A DNA stretch of 64,000 nt from Planctomycetota bacterium (GTDB lineage: Bacteria > Planctomycetota > PLA2 > JAEUHO01), in assembly GCA_965222115.1 (NCBI GenBank), contig CBDCTJ010000007.1, forward strand, positions 2,720,001 through 2,784,000. The letters run 5' to 3'. The notes under the pieces are model-generated. The model had not been told where the DNA came from and searched no databases. It saw only the letters and a program-made list of their open reading frames with translations. Shown piece by piece: positions 37,401 through 47,182 of the stretch (the first letter of the stretch is position 1; every line of letters begins with the position of its first letter). The translations under genes and the position numbers were made by a program.

Positions 37401-38591
37401 CTAGCTGCTCACTTTCGTTGGTTGCACCCAGCCGCCGGCGACAGAGGTCGCCAGTCGTTCGAGCGCAATCTGTGCTGGGACGCGTCCCGATTTCACACCG
37501 CGATCTGCCTCAAAAAAGGCGCTGTGGCATGCCCGCCACTGCGCGGCGGAGCGTTTACGAACGCGGGCGAGGAAGGGGCCGACCAAGAATGGCGCTACGC
37601 CGGCACGCTTCGCGACCTCTGCATCGTCTGCGCCCGACGCCAGCAACTCTGCGGCGAGCGCGTGCTGTCGATAGTTGCGATATAGCGTCGCCAAGACGAG
37701 GGGGAACATGGACTCATGCCGCCGTTCTACGCGACCGTCTTGTGCGGTGAGCCCATTGGTGGCGAGCATCTCGATGTGGCGACGGGTTTCGTTTCTGTCG
37801 CCACCGAGTATGGCCTCGAGGAAGGGCCACACCGCGTCACTTCGTCTGTCGCTAAAGGCCGTGAGCACCTGTTCACTTGTAATGGTCTGTCCCGCCGATG
37901 CCGCAGAGAGGGACGCCAGGGCATCGTCCAACTCACTCAGCGCGGTACCCACCCGTGAAACCAATGTGTGGGCTGCCTGCAGATTCATGCGCCCGCCATG
38001 GTTACGTTTCATGCGGAGCGACAAAAAGCGTGTGAGTTCGGTGTCGTGCGGCGCGGCATGTCGCTCCCAGGGCGCGGGTGCAGCATAAAGCGCGCGACAG
38101 TCCACCAACACAACACCGGCATCGATCAGTTTCTTTGCCGAAACACTCCCGCGTCCTTTGACGGGCTTGCTCGTACACAACACAAGCAACCGGTGCTCTA
38201 CCGGACACGCTGCCGCCTCAAGGGCGAGCTTAGTAAACGGTGCGAGCTTTCCCGGTCGTCCTGACGGCATCAGTTCGGCGCGATCCACGATGACGATCTG
38301 CTGATCGGCGAATAGTGAGGCGCCTCGCATGGATTCGGCGGACGCAAGCACGGCATCCTTGTCCTCGGAACGCCCAGCGTCGAGTCGCGAAATGACCCCG
38401 CCCGGATCGCCGCCCGGAAGAACTGTGGCAAGGAGTGTCTGGAGCGCCTCACGCTGAAACCAAGGCTCACTTCCCGCGAAAACGACGCACGAAGGCACGG
38501 TGTCCTTTTTCGCTAGGGCGTCGAGCCGGTCCGCGAATACGGAGGCGGGAATCGCGGCGGGACCTCGGGATGGGGATCGACGGCGGGGCAC
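37401..38591 (-). CDS. holA: DNA polymerase III delta subunit-like protein
   Basis: VVFAGSEPW, SLFADQQIVIVD and C-terminal EADRGVKSG..AQIALERL fit HolA; divergent. Confidence 0.7.
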   Translation of the reverse strand: MPRRRSPSRGPAAIPASVFADRLDALAKKDTVPSCVVFAGSEPWFQREALQTLLATVLPGGDPGGVISRLDAGRSEDKDAVLASAESMRGASLFADQQIVIVDRAELMPSGRPGKLAPFTKLALEAAACPVEHRLLVLCTSKPVKGRGSVSAKKLIDAGVVLVDCRALYAAPAPWERHAAPHDTELTRFLSLRMKRNHGGRMNLQAAHTLVSRVGTALSELDDALASLSAASAGQTITSEQVLTAFSDRRSDAVWPFLEAILGGDRNETRRHIEMLATNGLTAQDGRVERRHESMFPLVLATLYRNYRQHALAAELLASGADDAEVAKRAGVAPFLVGPFLARVRKRSAAQWRACHSAFFEADRGVKSGRVPAQIALERLATSVAGGWVQPTKVSS

Positions 38592-38644
38592 GCCCCCAGT
38601 ATCGCGGCGCCGTCGGACCCTCCAGCGCCCGATTCGGGGGGCCG

Positions 38645-39421
38645 ATGTACCGGAATATGCCGAGGACCGGTCCGCCCCCAGAGAGCCTCTTTGAGTACGA
38701 CTACGTGTCGCGTACCCGGAACCTGCCCGTCAACCTCATGGTGCTGGTGCCCTGGATCGTGTTCTACGAGTTTTCACTGATTGGTACGCGCAGCCCGGTC
38801 GAGAACGCCGCCGCGTCGTGGATTCGCTCGTTGGTCGCCGCGATGGGCCACCGCTACTTCGTGCTCACATCCCTTTTGACGGCGCTCGTACTCATGCTCG
38901 TGGTGTTGCTTCGACACCGAGAAGCCACGCGCGACCCCGGCATTTTCGCTGGCATGTATATCGAGTCCGCGTGTTACGCCGCCCTGTTGGGCGTGGTCTC
39001 TAGCGTGCTGGCCAGTGCACTTCCCATGGGCCGCCTCGTACCGTTATCCGGTACGGCGGGGTTTTATGAACCGCTGCACGGCATGAAGTTGGGCTTGCGC
39101 GATTTGGGCTTGGCCGTGGGCGCGGGCGTGTTTGAGGAACTCGTCTTTCGCGGACTGTGTGTGGTTGCCCTGGTGTGGATCTTGCGCCACGCCTTCGGAC
39201 TCGATCGCATTAGCAGTTCGTTCCTCGCCATCTTGGCAGCTGCCTATCTGTTTAGCGACTATCACCACTGGGGTCGCTTTGGGGAGCCCTACACTCAAGG
39301 CGTCTTTGCGTTCCGCTTCTATGCCGGCGTCTTGCTCGGCGTGATCTTCCTTACGCGTGGATTGGGCATTGCCGCGTTGACTCACGCATTCTACGACATG
39401 GTGTTGATTCTACGCGCGTGA
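38645..39421 (+). CDS. CPBP (CAAX/Abi) family intramembrane glutamic endopeptidase
   Basis: AGVFEELVFRG, FSDYHH, THAFYD; multiple TM helices. Confidence 0.88.
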   Translation: MYRNMPRTGPPPESLFEYDYVSRTRNLPVNLMVLVPWIVFYEFSLIGTRSPVENAAASWIRSLVAAMGHRYFVLTSLLTALVLMLVVLLRHREATRDPGIFAGMYIESACYAALLGVVSSVLASALPMGRLVPLSGTAGFYEPLHGMKLGLRDLGLAVGAGVFEELVFRGLCVVALVWILRHAFGLDRISSSFLAILAAAYLFSDYHHWGRFGEPYTQGVFAFRFYAGVLLGVIFLTRGLGIAALTHAFYDMVLILRA

Positions 39422-39460
39422 CACGTGCGGCGTGCCGGCAGACAGGGAATACGCAATGGC

Positions 39461-40042
39461 TTACTCCGAGCCGGCGTCGACTCTGACCCATCGCTTCATG
39501 GCGATGGCATTGGCCGTGTCGCGCTGAATGGCGAATGGTGGCAAGCGATTGGCCAATAATGCCCCCTCGTCAACAACGCCCTCGTGAACAAAGAACGTGC
39601 CGTGCTGGTCCACGTAATAGGTGCGGTAGCCACTATTCGACGGGCGGAGCGGTCTCGCGACCAACGCGACATACGTCGTAGCCAGTTCGTCGCTGGGTAC
39701 GTCCTTCCCGAATGGGGTAATCGCGATGGCTCCTTTGGATGCCGCGCGGTAGGGAAGCAGAACATCAATGCGGTAGACATCATCGACCAAGATCGCCTGC
39801 TCGTCGTTTAGTACGAAACCCTCCAGCAGGTTCTCTTTCACTAGCTCACTTGCCCACGCATACGTGTTGTGTCGCTCGTGATAGCGGCGCTCCGCGTCCA
39901 ACACCACACGCAGCACCTTTTGTGCCGCATCCTCCTGCGTCACAATCTTGGACGCCGCTACAAGCTCGCGATTCAACCACCCGTACGTCGCCGCAATGGC
40001 AAGGGCGATGACCAAAAGGGGTAGGCCGATGCGACTCTTCAT
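39461..40042 (-). CDS. Hypothetical membrane-anchored, pilin-like protein
   Basis: N-terminal TM, helix AQKVLRVVLDAERRYH, and ALVARP...SGYRTYYVDQHG as in pseudopilin-like proteins (inference). Confidence 0.6.
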   Translation of the reverse strand: MKSRIGLPLLVIALAIAATYGWLNRELVAASKIVTQEDAAQKVLRVVLDAERRYHERHNTYAWASELVKENLLEGFVLNDEQAILVDDVYRIDVLLPYRAASKGAIAITPFGKDVPSDELATTYVALVARPLRPSNSGYRTYYVDQHGTFFVHEGVVDEGALLANRLPPFAIQRDTANAIAMKRWVRVDAGSE

Positions 40043-40145
40043 GGGTGGGCAGCGTACCAGCGGGCGGTGAACCGAAGTGCATGGGGGTTGGCGGCCATCC
40101 TGGTATGGTGCCCGTCGGACCCTAATTTCTGATGAGGAGTCGTTC

Positions 40146-41537
40146 GTGACATCCGCAGTCGCTGCCGCCAAGCGCCGTGAAGCCGTCGCCATTGCGCGAA
40201 CGCTCCGCGATGGGGGACACGAAGCGTTGCTGTGCGGCGGCGCCGTCCGCGATCACCTCATGGGCCGTGAGCCCAACGATTTCGACGTGGCCACGTCGGC
40301 GCCGCCGGAAGTGGGGCAGAGGCTCTTTCCGGAAGCGGTATTGGTGGGCGCGCAGTTTGGCGTCTTGATCTTGCCGCGGCCATCGGGGCCCGTGGAACTT
40401 GCTACGTTTCGCGCAGATGGTCTCTATGTGGATGGCCGACGTCCCGAGACCGTGACGTATTCGGACGCACCCACCGATGCCTCCCGTCGCGACTTTACGG
40501 TCAATGGGCTGTTTCAAGATCCACTCACGGGTGAGATCCTTGACTACGTTGAGGGCCGGCGCGACCTCGAGGCGCGCTTGGTTCGTGCGATCGGCGACCC
40601 ATGGGCGCGTTTTGAAGAAGATCATCTGCGGATCCTGCGCGCCGTACGCTTCGCCGTGCAGCTCAACTTTGCCTTGGCGCCCGATACGCGTGCAGCGGTC
40701 GATGATATGGCCGAGGCAGTCCAGACCGTTTCGGGTGAACGCATACGCGTGGAGTTGCTAAAGATTTTGCGACACGGTCGGGGCGCGGGCTTACGCCTCT
40801 TACGCGACACGGGCCTCCTGCGCGTTGTTTTGCCGGAAGTGGAACGTATGGTGGACGTCCCGCAGCCGCCGCAGTTTCACCCTGAAGGTGACGTGTTCGT
40901 GCACACGTGTCTTGTACTTGACGGGCTGGAGACTCCCGCAATTGAAGCGTCGATGTCAGCAGAAGAACGAAAAGCTGTCGAAGCAAAAACCGACGACCTC
41001 ATCATGTCGTGTCTCTTGCACGATGTGGCAAAGCCGACGACGTACACGCGCGATCCCGATGGTCGTATTCGATTCAATGGACACGATGCCGACGGCGTGC
41101 GCATGAGCGAGACCATACTCGAGCGCTACCGTTTTCCCCACCGTGCCAAAGAACGCGTGGGCGCGCTGATCGGCAATCACATGAAGATTGCGGCCGTCCC
41201 CAACATGCGCAAAGCGAAAATGCGGCGGTTCTTGGGCCAAGACGACATCGACCTGCACCTTGCTCTGCATGCCGCCGATTGCGGTGCCAGCCATGGGGGC
41301 TCGGAGATTCTTGATTTCTGTCGTTCGAAACTCGCCGAGTACGCGGATGAACCGGTGATTCCACCACCTCTCTTGACGGGCAAGGACTTGCTTGCGCTTG
41401 GGTACGAACAGGGACCTCGATTCGGAACGATCTTGCGTTGGGTGGTTGATGAACAGTTGGAAGGTCGCCTGGACGACCGTGAAAGCGCGGTACGGCGCGT
41501 GCAGGAGGAGTTTCCAACGCATGACGCTTCCGACTAA
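40146..41537 (+). CDS. cca: CCA tRNA nucleotidyltransferase / poly(A) polymerase family with HD domain
   Basis: GGAVRD, DFDVAT, RRDFTVN, EDHLRILRAVRF, SGERI, FHPEGDVFVHT, LLHDVAK; GTG with GAGGAG RBS. Confidence 0.92.
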   Translation: MTSAVAAAKRREAVAIARTLRDGGHEALLCGGAVRDHLMGREPNDFDVATSAPPEVGQRLFPEAVLVGAQFGVLILPRPSGPVELATFRADGLYVDGRRPETVTYSDAPTDASRRDFTVNGLFQDPLTGEILDYVEGRRDLEARLVRAIGDPWARFEEDHLRILRAVRFAVQLNFALAPDTRAAVDDMAEAVQTVSGERIRVELLKILRHGRGAGLRLLRDTGLLRVVLPEVERMVDVPQPPQFHPEGDVFVHTCLVLDGLETPAIEASMSAEERKAVEAKTDDLIMSCLLHDVAKPTTYTRDPDGRIRFNGHDADGVRMSETILERYRFPHRAKERVGALIGNHMKIAAVPNMRKAKMRRFLGQDDIDLHLALHAADCGASHGGSEILDFCRSKLAEYADEPVIPPPLLTGKDLLALGYEQGPRFGTILRWVVDEQLEGRLDDRESAVRRVQEEFPTHDASD

Positions 41538-43680
41538 TCGCGCGCTACGCCCAGACAGGTCACCGTCCGCACAGGTGATGAGGGCGAAGTGTGTCAACGT
41601 CGTTACGTTGCGTTGCGATGACACCACATCATCCTTACGAAAAAGCAACAGGCGGTGTGTGCGGTTGAGCGCCCTCGTCATGTTGGCGGCACTCTTGATT
41701 GGGCTGTGCACCCCTCGAGGCGGCCTCGAAGCCAAGGAACCTCCCGCGGGGGAGGAAGGGACGAACCCAAGCGAGGACGCGTCAAGTGAAACGACGCTCG
41801 ATGATGCCGAGTTGCGCCGTCTCCTCAGTGTTGTTCGCGGAAGCAATCGGGAGCTTCCCGAACGCGTAAGCGCCGCCAAGCGTGCGCTGGCGGGTGGTGC
41901 GAAACGTGTGGGCCGCGCCGCACTCTATGCGGGGCGGGCGTTGTTGCCAGCTTCCCCTGCTCATGGCGTTCCCCTCATTCGTGCCGGGCTATCCAAGCTA
42001 GCCCAAGACGAACGCGCGGAGCTGCGCGAAACGGTGCTCGCCTTTGCCGCACGTCATACGTCTGCCAATAGACATGGAGACGCAAAACAAGATCTGGGTC
42101 CGGTATGGGCATTGGCCATGGACCTCGGAGCGCTCGATGATGGTGTTGTCACGGGGCTGTTGGCAACGTGGCCAGCGTCAAAGGAAACGCTTGCGGCCAT
42201 TGAGCATACATTTGCATTGCAGGATGCCGCCGCAAGTAAGGGCGAACTGCTAAAACAGCTTCAAGAACGTCTCCCCGTTCTACGCACACTCGAGCAAGCC
42301 AACGCCGACGACCCCAAAGTCGCGGGTCCCGCGCTCGATGCGTTGGTCAGCATGGGAAAGAATGCGCTGCCACTACTTCACGACGTCGCGCTCCAGGCAG
42401 CGGGCGCAACGCCCGAGCGTACGCACGAGCGCGCGTTGCGGGCCGTACTCGTGTTGGGCTTCATCGGTGATCCATCAAGCATTTCCGTCTTGGGCACGTG
42501 CCTGGCATCAAAGACCAACGGTTGGTTGCGTGCACGCGCAGCGGTTGCTCTGGGCGACACGGGCTTACCTGCAGCCGCACCGGCGCTGGCGTGGCATCTA
42601 TGTGTTCTCAGTGATCTCTTTCGCAGCCGCGATCAATGGGATTATCCGGGCCCGAAAGAGACCACATTGACTGCCGAGGAATGGCCTAGCGCGCACTACT
42701 TTTCTGTGGATGCCCACGCGGCAGACGCGCTACTCCGTCTCGGAATCCCCGGTGCGGCGGGTTATTTGATTGAGGAGAAGCTAAACCCCGACAAGGCCAA
42801 CTTTCGCGTGCGGGTCTTACAAGACGCGATTGACGCACTGCGGCGCAATGTCAAGGGACTCGACACAACCATTTACAACGTCGATCAGGGCACGCCCCAG
42901 CGCACGAAGGCGTATAGAGCATTGCGTGCATGGTGGCGATCAACCGGTCCCGCTTCGGTCAAACTCCACGCGTCATTCGATGAGAACGATCCCCAGTTTG
43001 CAGACGTGTCTGACCAATTGTCGGCGCGCCTGCTGCGCAAGGATGCACGCGAGTTTATTATCACAAAAGCCGCGTGTGAGCTATTGGGCACTGTCATGAC
43101 ACCGAGCCTGCTGCGGACGCTCGCGAAGACAGACAAACTTCGCGCACGTTGTGAGTTGGCGGTGGCCTTGGGACGCGTGGGGGATCCGCGCGCGATCGAT
43201 CCGCTCCTTCAGTTGGCGCGCGACAAACGCGAGACGGTGCGTGCCAAGGCGTTAGAAGCACTCAGCGCGTATGTCGCTAAGCATGAACGCGTGCAGGCGA
43301 GGCTCTTGGAGGCACTCAAGGAGGCCGGCGAAGCGGGTCGTGTGGCGGCCATGAAAGCACTTGTGATGGCCCCGCGCAGTGCATCCATCAAGGCGTCGAT
43401 CCAGGCAGCAAACGGAGACGACCCCGACTTTCAGCGCGCCAAAGACGTAACTCTATTTATTCAGGGCGATGATTCGCGTTGGCAGGCAATCGATGTCGGC
43501 CTCAAGCACAAGCAACGTGTCGTTCGACGATCGTGGTGGGAGCTCCTCAAACGCGGTCTGGCGATTCCAGCGACCGTTTTCAATGCAACCGCTGTCCCGG
43601 GGAGTATTCCGGACAATCAAGTTACGCTCGATGTTCTCAAAGAGTATCGCGATGGATCAACCGACGAGGGGACCAAGTAA
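41521..43680 (+). CDS. Secreted HEAT-repeat protein
   Basis: LRARAAVALGDTG, LAVALGRVGDPRAIDPLL, VRAKALEAL repeats; hydrophobic N-terminal segment; start uncertain. Confidence 0.75.
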   Translation: MTLPTNRALRPDRSPSAQVMRAKCVNVVTLRCDDTTSSLRKSNRRCVRLSALVMLAALLIGLCTPRGGLEAKEPPAGEEGTNPSEDASSETTLDDAELRRLLSVVRGSNRELPERVSAAKRALAGGAKRVGRAALYAGRALLPASPAHGVPLIRAGLSKLAQDERAELRETVLAFAARHTSANRHGDAKQDLGPVWALAMDLGALDDGVVTGLLATWPASKETLAAIEHTFALQDAAASKGELLKQLQERLPVLRTLEQANADDPKVAGPALDALVSMGKNALPLLHDVALQAAGATPERTHERALRAVLVLGFIGDPSSISVLGTCLASKTNGWLRARAAVALGDTGLPAAAPALAWHLCVLSDLFRSRDQWDYPGPKETTLTAEEWPSAHYFSVDAHAADALLRLGIPGAAGYLIEEKLNPDKANFRVRVLQDAIDALRRNVKGLDTTIYNVDQGTPQRTKAYRALRAWWRSTGPASVKLHASFDENDPQFADVSDQLSARLLRKDAREFIITKAACELLGTVMTPSLLRTLAKTDKLRARCELAVALGRVGDPRAIDPLLQLARDKRETVRAKALEALSAYVAKHERVQARLLEALKEAGEAGRVAAMKALVMAPRSASIKASIQAANGDDPDFQRAKDVTLFIQGDDSRWQAIDVGLKHKQRVVRRSWWELLKRGLAIPATVFNATAVPGSIPDNQVTLDVLKEYRDGSTDEGTK

Positions 43681-43681
43681 C

Positions 43682-44863
43682 GTGAAGCTGGACCTCGACC
43701 TCGTTGGCATTTCCAAGCGCGTGGGCGGTCGCAGCGGACCGCGTGTGCTTGATGGACTCGATCTTCGTGTCGAGGGCGCCACGGCGATGGTGCTGCTGGG
43801 TGAGAGTGGAGCGGGCAAGACCACGTTGTTGCGAATTATTGCCGGCCTCACGCACGCCGATGCCGGACGGGTGGAATTGGGTGGGCAGGTACTTAGCAAT
43901 CCGGGTGTGGTCGTTCCCCCGCGCGAGCGTGGTGTGGGTATGGTGTTTCAGGAGCTTGAGCTCTGGCCACATATGACCGTGGCCGAGCATCTGGGTTTTG
44001 CTTTGCCTAGCCGACCGAAGAAGCGCGCTGCTCTTGAGAGTCCCGCTGTATGCACACTCGCCGAATCCGTGGGACTCGACTCACGGCTGCTCGCACGCAG
44101 GCCCGAGGCATTGTCAGGGGGTGAACGGCAACGTGTAGCGATTGGCCGTTCGTTGGCCGCGAAGCCACGTGTGTTGCTATTTGATGAGCCCCTCGCCAGC
44201 CTTGACCCACGCCGCCGCAGTGCATTGCGACTGCTCATTCGGCAGGTTGTTGAGAATCACCAGACCACCGTGGTGTATGTGACGCACGATGCTGAAGACG
44301 CGCTTGAGCTGGGGGATCGTGTTGCGATTCTCGCCGACGGCAACGTCGCTGCTGTGGACACGCCTCATGCGCTGTATCGAAATCCGACCTCGCTTCGCGT
44401 TGCTCGTGCTTTGGGGCCCGTTACGGCACTTCGCGCAAGTGTCCAGGGTGATCGGATTCACACCGCGTTGGGCACATTTGACGGCACAGGCTCCGCCACG
44501 ACCAGATGGGGGCAAACGCATGGGCAGCCGCTCTTGGCACTCGTGCGACCGGAACACATCGAACTCGTGCACACGCCGAACCGTGATGATCGCACGGCAA
44601 CCGTATATCCCATTCGCTCAACGCCAGCGCGTCATGGTTGGCGCGTCACGGCGTTGAGTCACGTTGTCGATGGTGCAGCCGAGCGATGCACATTCTTCAC
44701 GGAGGACAATCTGCCTGCGGACGGCTCTTCGGTGGCCGTACGACTTACGACACGGCCAACGCTCGTACTTGCACAACCTGGCGACGGGCCGGTTGCTTTG
44801 GACCACGCGACCCGCGATACGAAGAACGACGTTCGCGACGAGGAGCTAACCGTTGGGCGCTAA
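43682..44863 (+). CDS. ABC transporter ATP-binding protein (FbpC/PotA-like)
   Basis: GESGAGKTT, VFQ, LSGGERQR, LLFDEP, VTHD, and a TOBE-like C-terminus. Confidence 0.92.
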   Translation: MKLDLDLVGISKRVGGRSGPRVLDGLDLRVEGATAMVLLGESGAGKTTLLRIIAGLTHADAGRVELGGQVLSNPGVVVPPRERGVGMVFQELELWPHMTVAEHLGFALPSRPKKRAALESPAVCTLAESVGLDSRLLARRPEALSGGERQRVAIGRSLAAKPRVLLFDEPLASLDPRRRSALRLLIRQVVENHQTTVVYVTHDAEDALELGDRVAILADGNVAAVDTPHALYRNPTSLRVARALGPVTALRASVQGDRIHTALGTFDGTGSATTRWGQTHGQPLLALVRPEHIELVHTPNRDDRTATVYPIRSTPARHGWRVTALSHVVDGAAERCTFFTEDNLPADGSSVAVRLTTRPTLVLAQPGDGPVALDHATRDTKNDVRDEELTVGR

Positions 44864-46211
44864 CCGCAACAACCAAGTAGCAACACAATCCAGTTGGGCG
44901 AGCCGATTCAGCTGGGCAACCCGATGGTGGCTTCCGCTCGCAACGGCAATCCTCGTGGCCGCTGTGCTCGTGGCGTGTGGCGATGAGAAATCGCCAGTCG
45001 AATCGCCGGATAGGGGCAAGCGGAAATCCAGTAGCCACAACTCGTCAAATTCGGCGGATATCAGTTCAGATGAGGCCGGTAAGAACGATGGCGACCCACA
45101 GGTCGATGGAAGGAACGCAGAGACGGACACAGATCTGCCTAAGCCTGGTGACGACCCCAATGAACCTGCGTTTCGAAGCGCCGCCCAGTGCGGAAAGTGT
45201 CACGTAGCGATCTACAACGAGTGGAAGGCATCGTTTCACGGGCGCGCGATGTCGGATCCGTTGTTTCTTGAAATGGCGGATGACGCCAACAATCCGGAAG
45301 AGTGCATTCGTTGTCACGCACCGATTCCACTGCGGGAAGCCGACTTTGACACACCGATAGCGCGTACCGCCCGTCGAGCGGATGCGGTGTCGTGTCTCAC
45401 GTGTCATCAGAGTGGTGGAAATGTCGCGGGGCCTTTCGGTGGCTTGTCCGGCGCGTGCCGTCCGGTTGGGGACGAAGCCCAGCGCAACGTCGTAAAGATG
45501 TGTTTTCCTTGCCACAACCAACATGACACCGGCAACGAGTGGATTGGGGGTCCTTGGTCACCCGAGGCCGCCGATCCGCGAAAAGCACCTAGCAAATCGT
45601 GCCTCGACTGCCACATGCCCGAAGTCGAGCGACCCCTCGTCAAAGGCGGACCGGTTCGCAAAGGACGGCGGCATACGTGGTTGGGGGGACACAGTTTTTC
45701 TCAACTCAAACGCGCCGCAACGCTCGACGTAGAAGTCGCGAGTTTTGTGAGCAAAACGACGGGCGAGAAAGACTGGGACTTCCGGGTATTCGTTACCAAC
45801 GTTGGCGCCGGTCACTCCATTCCCACCGATGCACGGCATCGATCGTTTGATACGTACATCAAGTTGTGGGACGACAAAGGCACGGTGCTGCTTGATCCCC
45901 TCAATCCCAGGCAACAGGCCAAGGCACATCTGGCCACATTTCGTAAGTACTATCGCAACTCCGGCAAAAAGGATACGCAGATTGCGCCGCTGGCGCGCGT
46001 TAGCACCAATGGCGATGGCCCTGGAAGGTACACATTGAAAGGCGTGAAGAAGGGGCGTGGCGAAGCGTGGCTTGTGTATCGCTTGACACCGCGTGATTGG
46101 CTTACCGAAGACAGTCTCAAGGCGGAAAGCGGTCCCGACGACATTCAGGACGTGCAGACCGCGCGAGTCGTTCATCGTGTGACGTTTACCTTTGGTGAGG
46201 AGTCAAAGTAA
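44853..46211 (+). CDS. Pentaheme c-type cytochrome lipoprotein (c554-like)
   Basis: Five CxxCH (CGKCH, CIRCH, CLTCH, CFPCH, CLDCH); IYNEWKASFH; lipobox LVAC; NVGAGHSIPT. Confidence 0.9.
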   Translation: MGANRNNQVATQSSWASRFSWATRWWLPLATAILVAAVLVACGDEKSPVESPDRGKRKSSSHNSSNSADISSDEAGKNDGDPQVDGRNAETDTDLPKPGDDPNEPAFRSAAQCGKCHVAIYNEWKASFHGRAMSDPLFLEMADDANNPEECIRCHAPIPLREADFDTPIARTARRADAVSCLTCHQSGGNVAGPFGGLSGACRPVGDEAQRNVVKMCFPCHNQHDTGNEWIGGPWSPEAADPRKAPSKSCLDCHMPEVERPLVKGGPVRKGRRHTWLGGHSFSQLKRAATLDVEVASFVSKTTGEKDWDFRVFVTNVGAGHSIPTDARHRSFDTYIKLWDDKGTVLLDPLNPRQQAKAHLATFRKYYRNSGKKDTQIAPLARVSTNGDGPGRYTLKGVKKGRGEAWLVYRLTPRDWLTEDSLKAESGPDDIQDVQTARVVHRVTFTFGEESK

Positions 46212-46216
46212 GTATC

Positions 46217-47182
46217 GTGATGCGCCGCACTACCCCAATCCGTTCTTTGCCACGCCTTGCGGTATTGGTGCTGGGCGTGGGGTGCCTATCGAACACCGGG
46301 TGCGCGAGTACGCCGCTGGATGGAATCAGAGGCGAGAACACCTCGGTCCGTGGAAAGACGCGCCCGTTTTCTTCGAAGGATGACGCGGGCCTTCGAGATG
46401 AAATACAAGCGCTTCTCTCCAGTGACACGCGCCGCAGCCAGCAAGCGGAGCGCAATCTGCGTGGTCTCAATGAAGACGAACGCACGCGATTGTTGCAAAT
46501 TGCACGTGAACGGCCCGCGGAACGTGATCCGCGCTGGTTGAGTCTCATGGAAGACTTACACGGACCCGTGTTGTTGTCGCCGGACGAAGAATGGCGCTAT
46601 TTGAGTTGGCGTGTGGCGCAGCCCGATCGGGTGCGTGCCATGCGCGCACAAAGTCGATTGGCAGATCTCGCACACACACACCCCGAACCCTTGCTGCGCG
46701 CCGCCTTGCAACGTGAACCGGGCTACGAAGCTGCGGTCCTGGCACTGGCTTCCGCGCGCCATCCTCACGCGGCGCAAGAGTTTGTACGTCGCTATCGATC
46801 GCCACTCACCCACGACGAACGAAGGCTTATGGCGGAAGCGCTGGCGGTCTGGACTGGGGATCGTCTGATTCCGCGTACGGTTGGCGAGCCGTGGGAGATC
46901 GAAGCCGATGCGTCGCGCATAACCACCATGGTGGCGTCGCTTACGCCCCATCCGACGCCCTCCATGCCGGGAAACGCCTCGCTCCCCGCGACGTCGCTCC
47001 CACCAATCTCACCGTTCCCACCAATCCAGCCCAATGCGAATGCAAATGGAGGTGCAGGTGATCCGTGGGCGGGCACGCTCGTCCCTGCACCACCACGTGG
47101 AACGTCTGATGTCGAGTTTCCGACGAAAGGACCCGAGCCTGGACCGACGACCGGCAACGAAGGAGGGGGCCATGACCGCTAG
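46217..47182 (+). CDS. Hypothetical lipoprotein with Pro-rich tail
   Basis: Signal peptide ending TGC, helical core, Pro-rich C-terminus; tight operon spacing. Confidence 0.7.
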   Translation: MMRRTTPIRSLPRLAVLVLGVGCLSNTGCASTPLDGIRGENTSVRGKTRPFSSKDDAGLRDEIQALLSSDTRRSQQAERNLRGLNEDERTRLLQIARERPAERDPRWLSLMEDLHGPVLLSPDEEWRYLSWRVAQPDRVRAMRAQSRLADLAHTHPEPLLRAALQREPGYEAAVLALASARHPHAAQEFVRRYRSPLTHDERRLMAEALAVWTGDRLIPRTVGEPWEIEADASRITTMVASLTPHPTPSMPGNASLPATSLPPISPFPPIQPNANANGGAGDPWAGTLVPAPPRGTSDVEFPTKGPEPGPTTGNEGGGHDR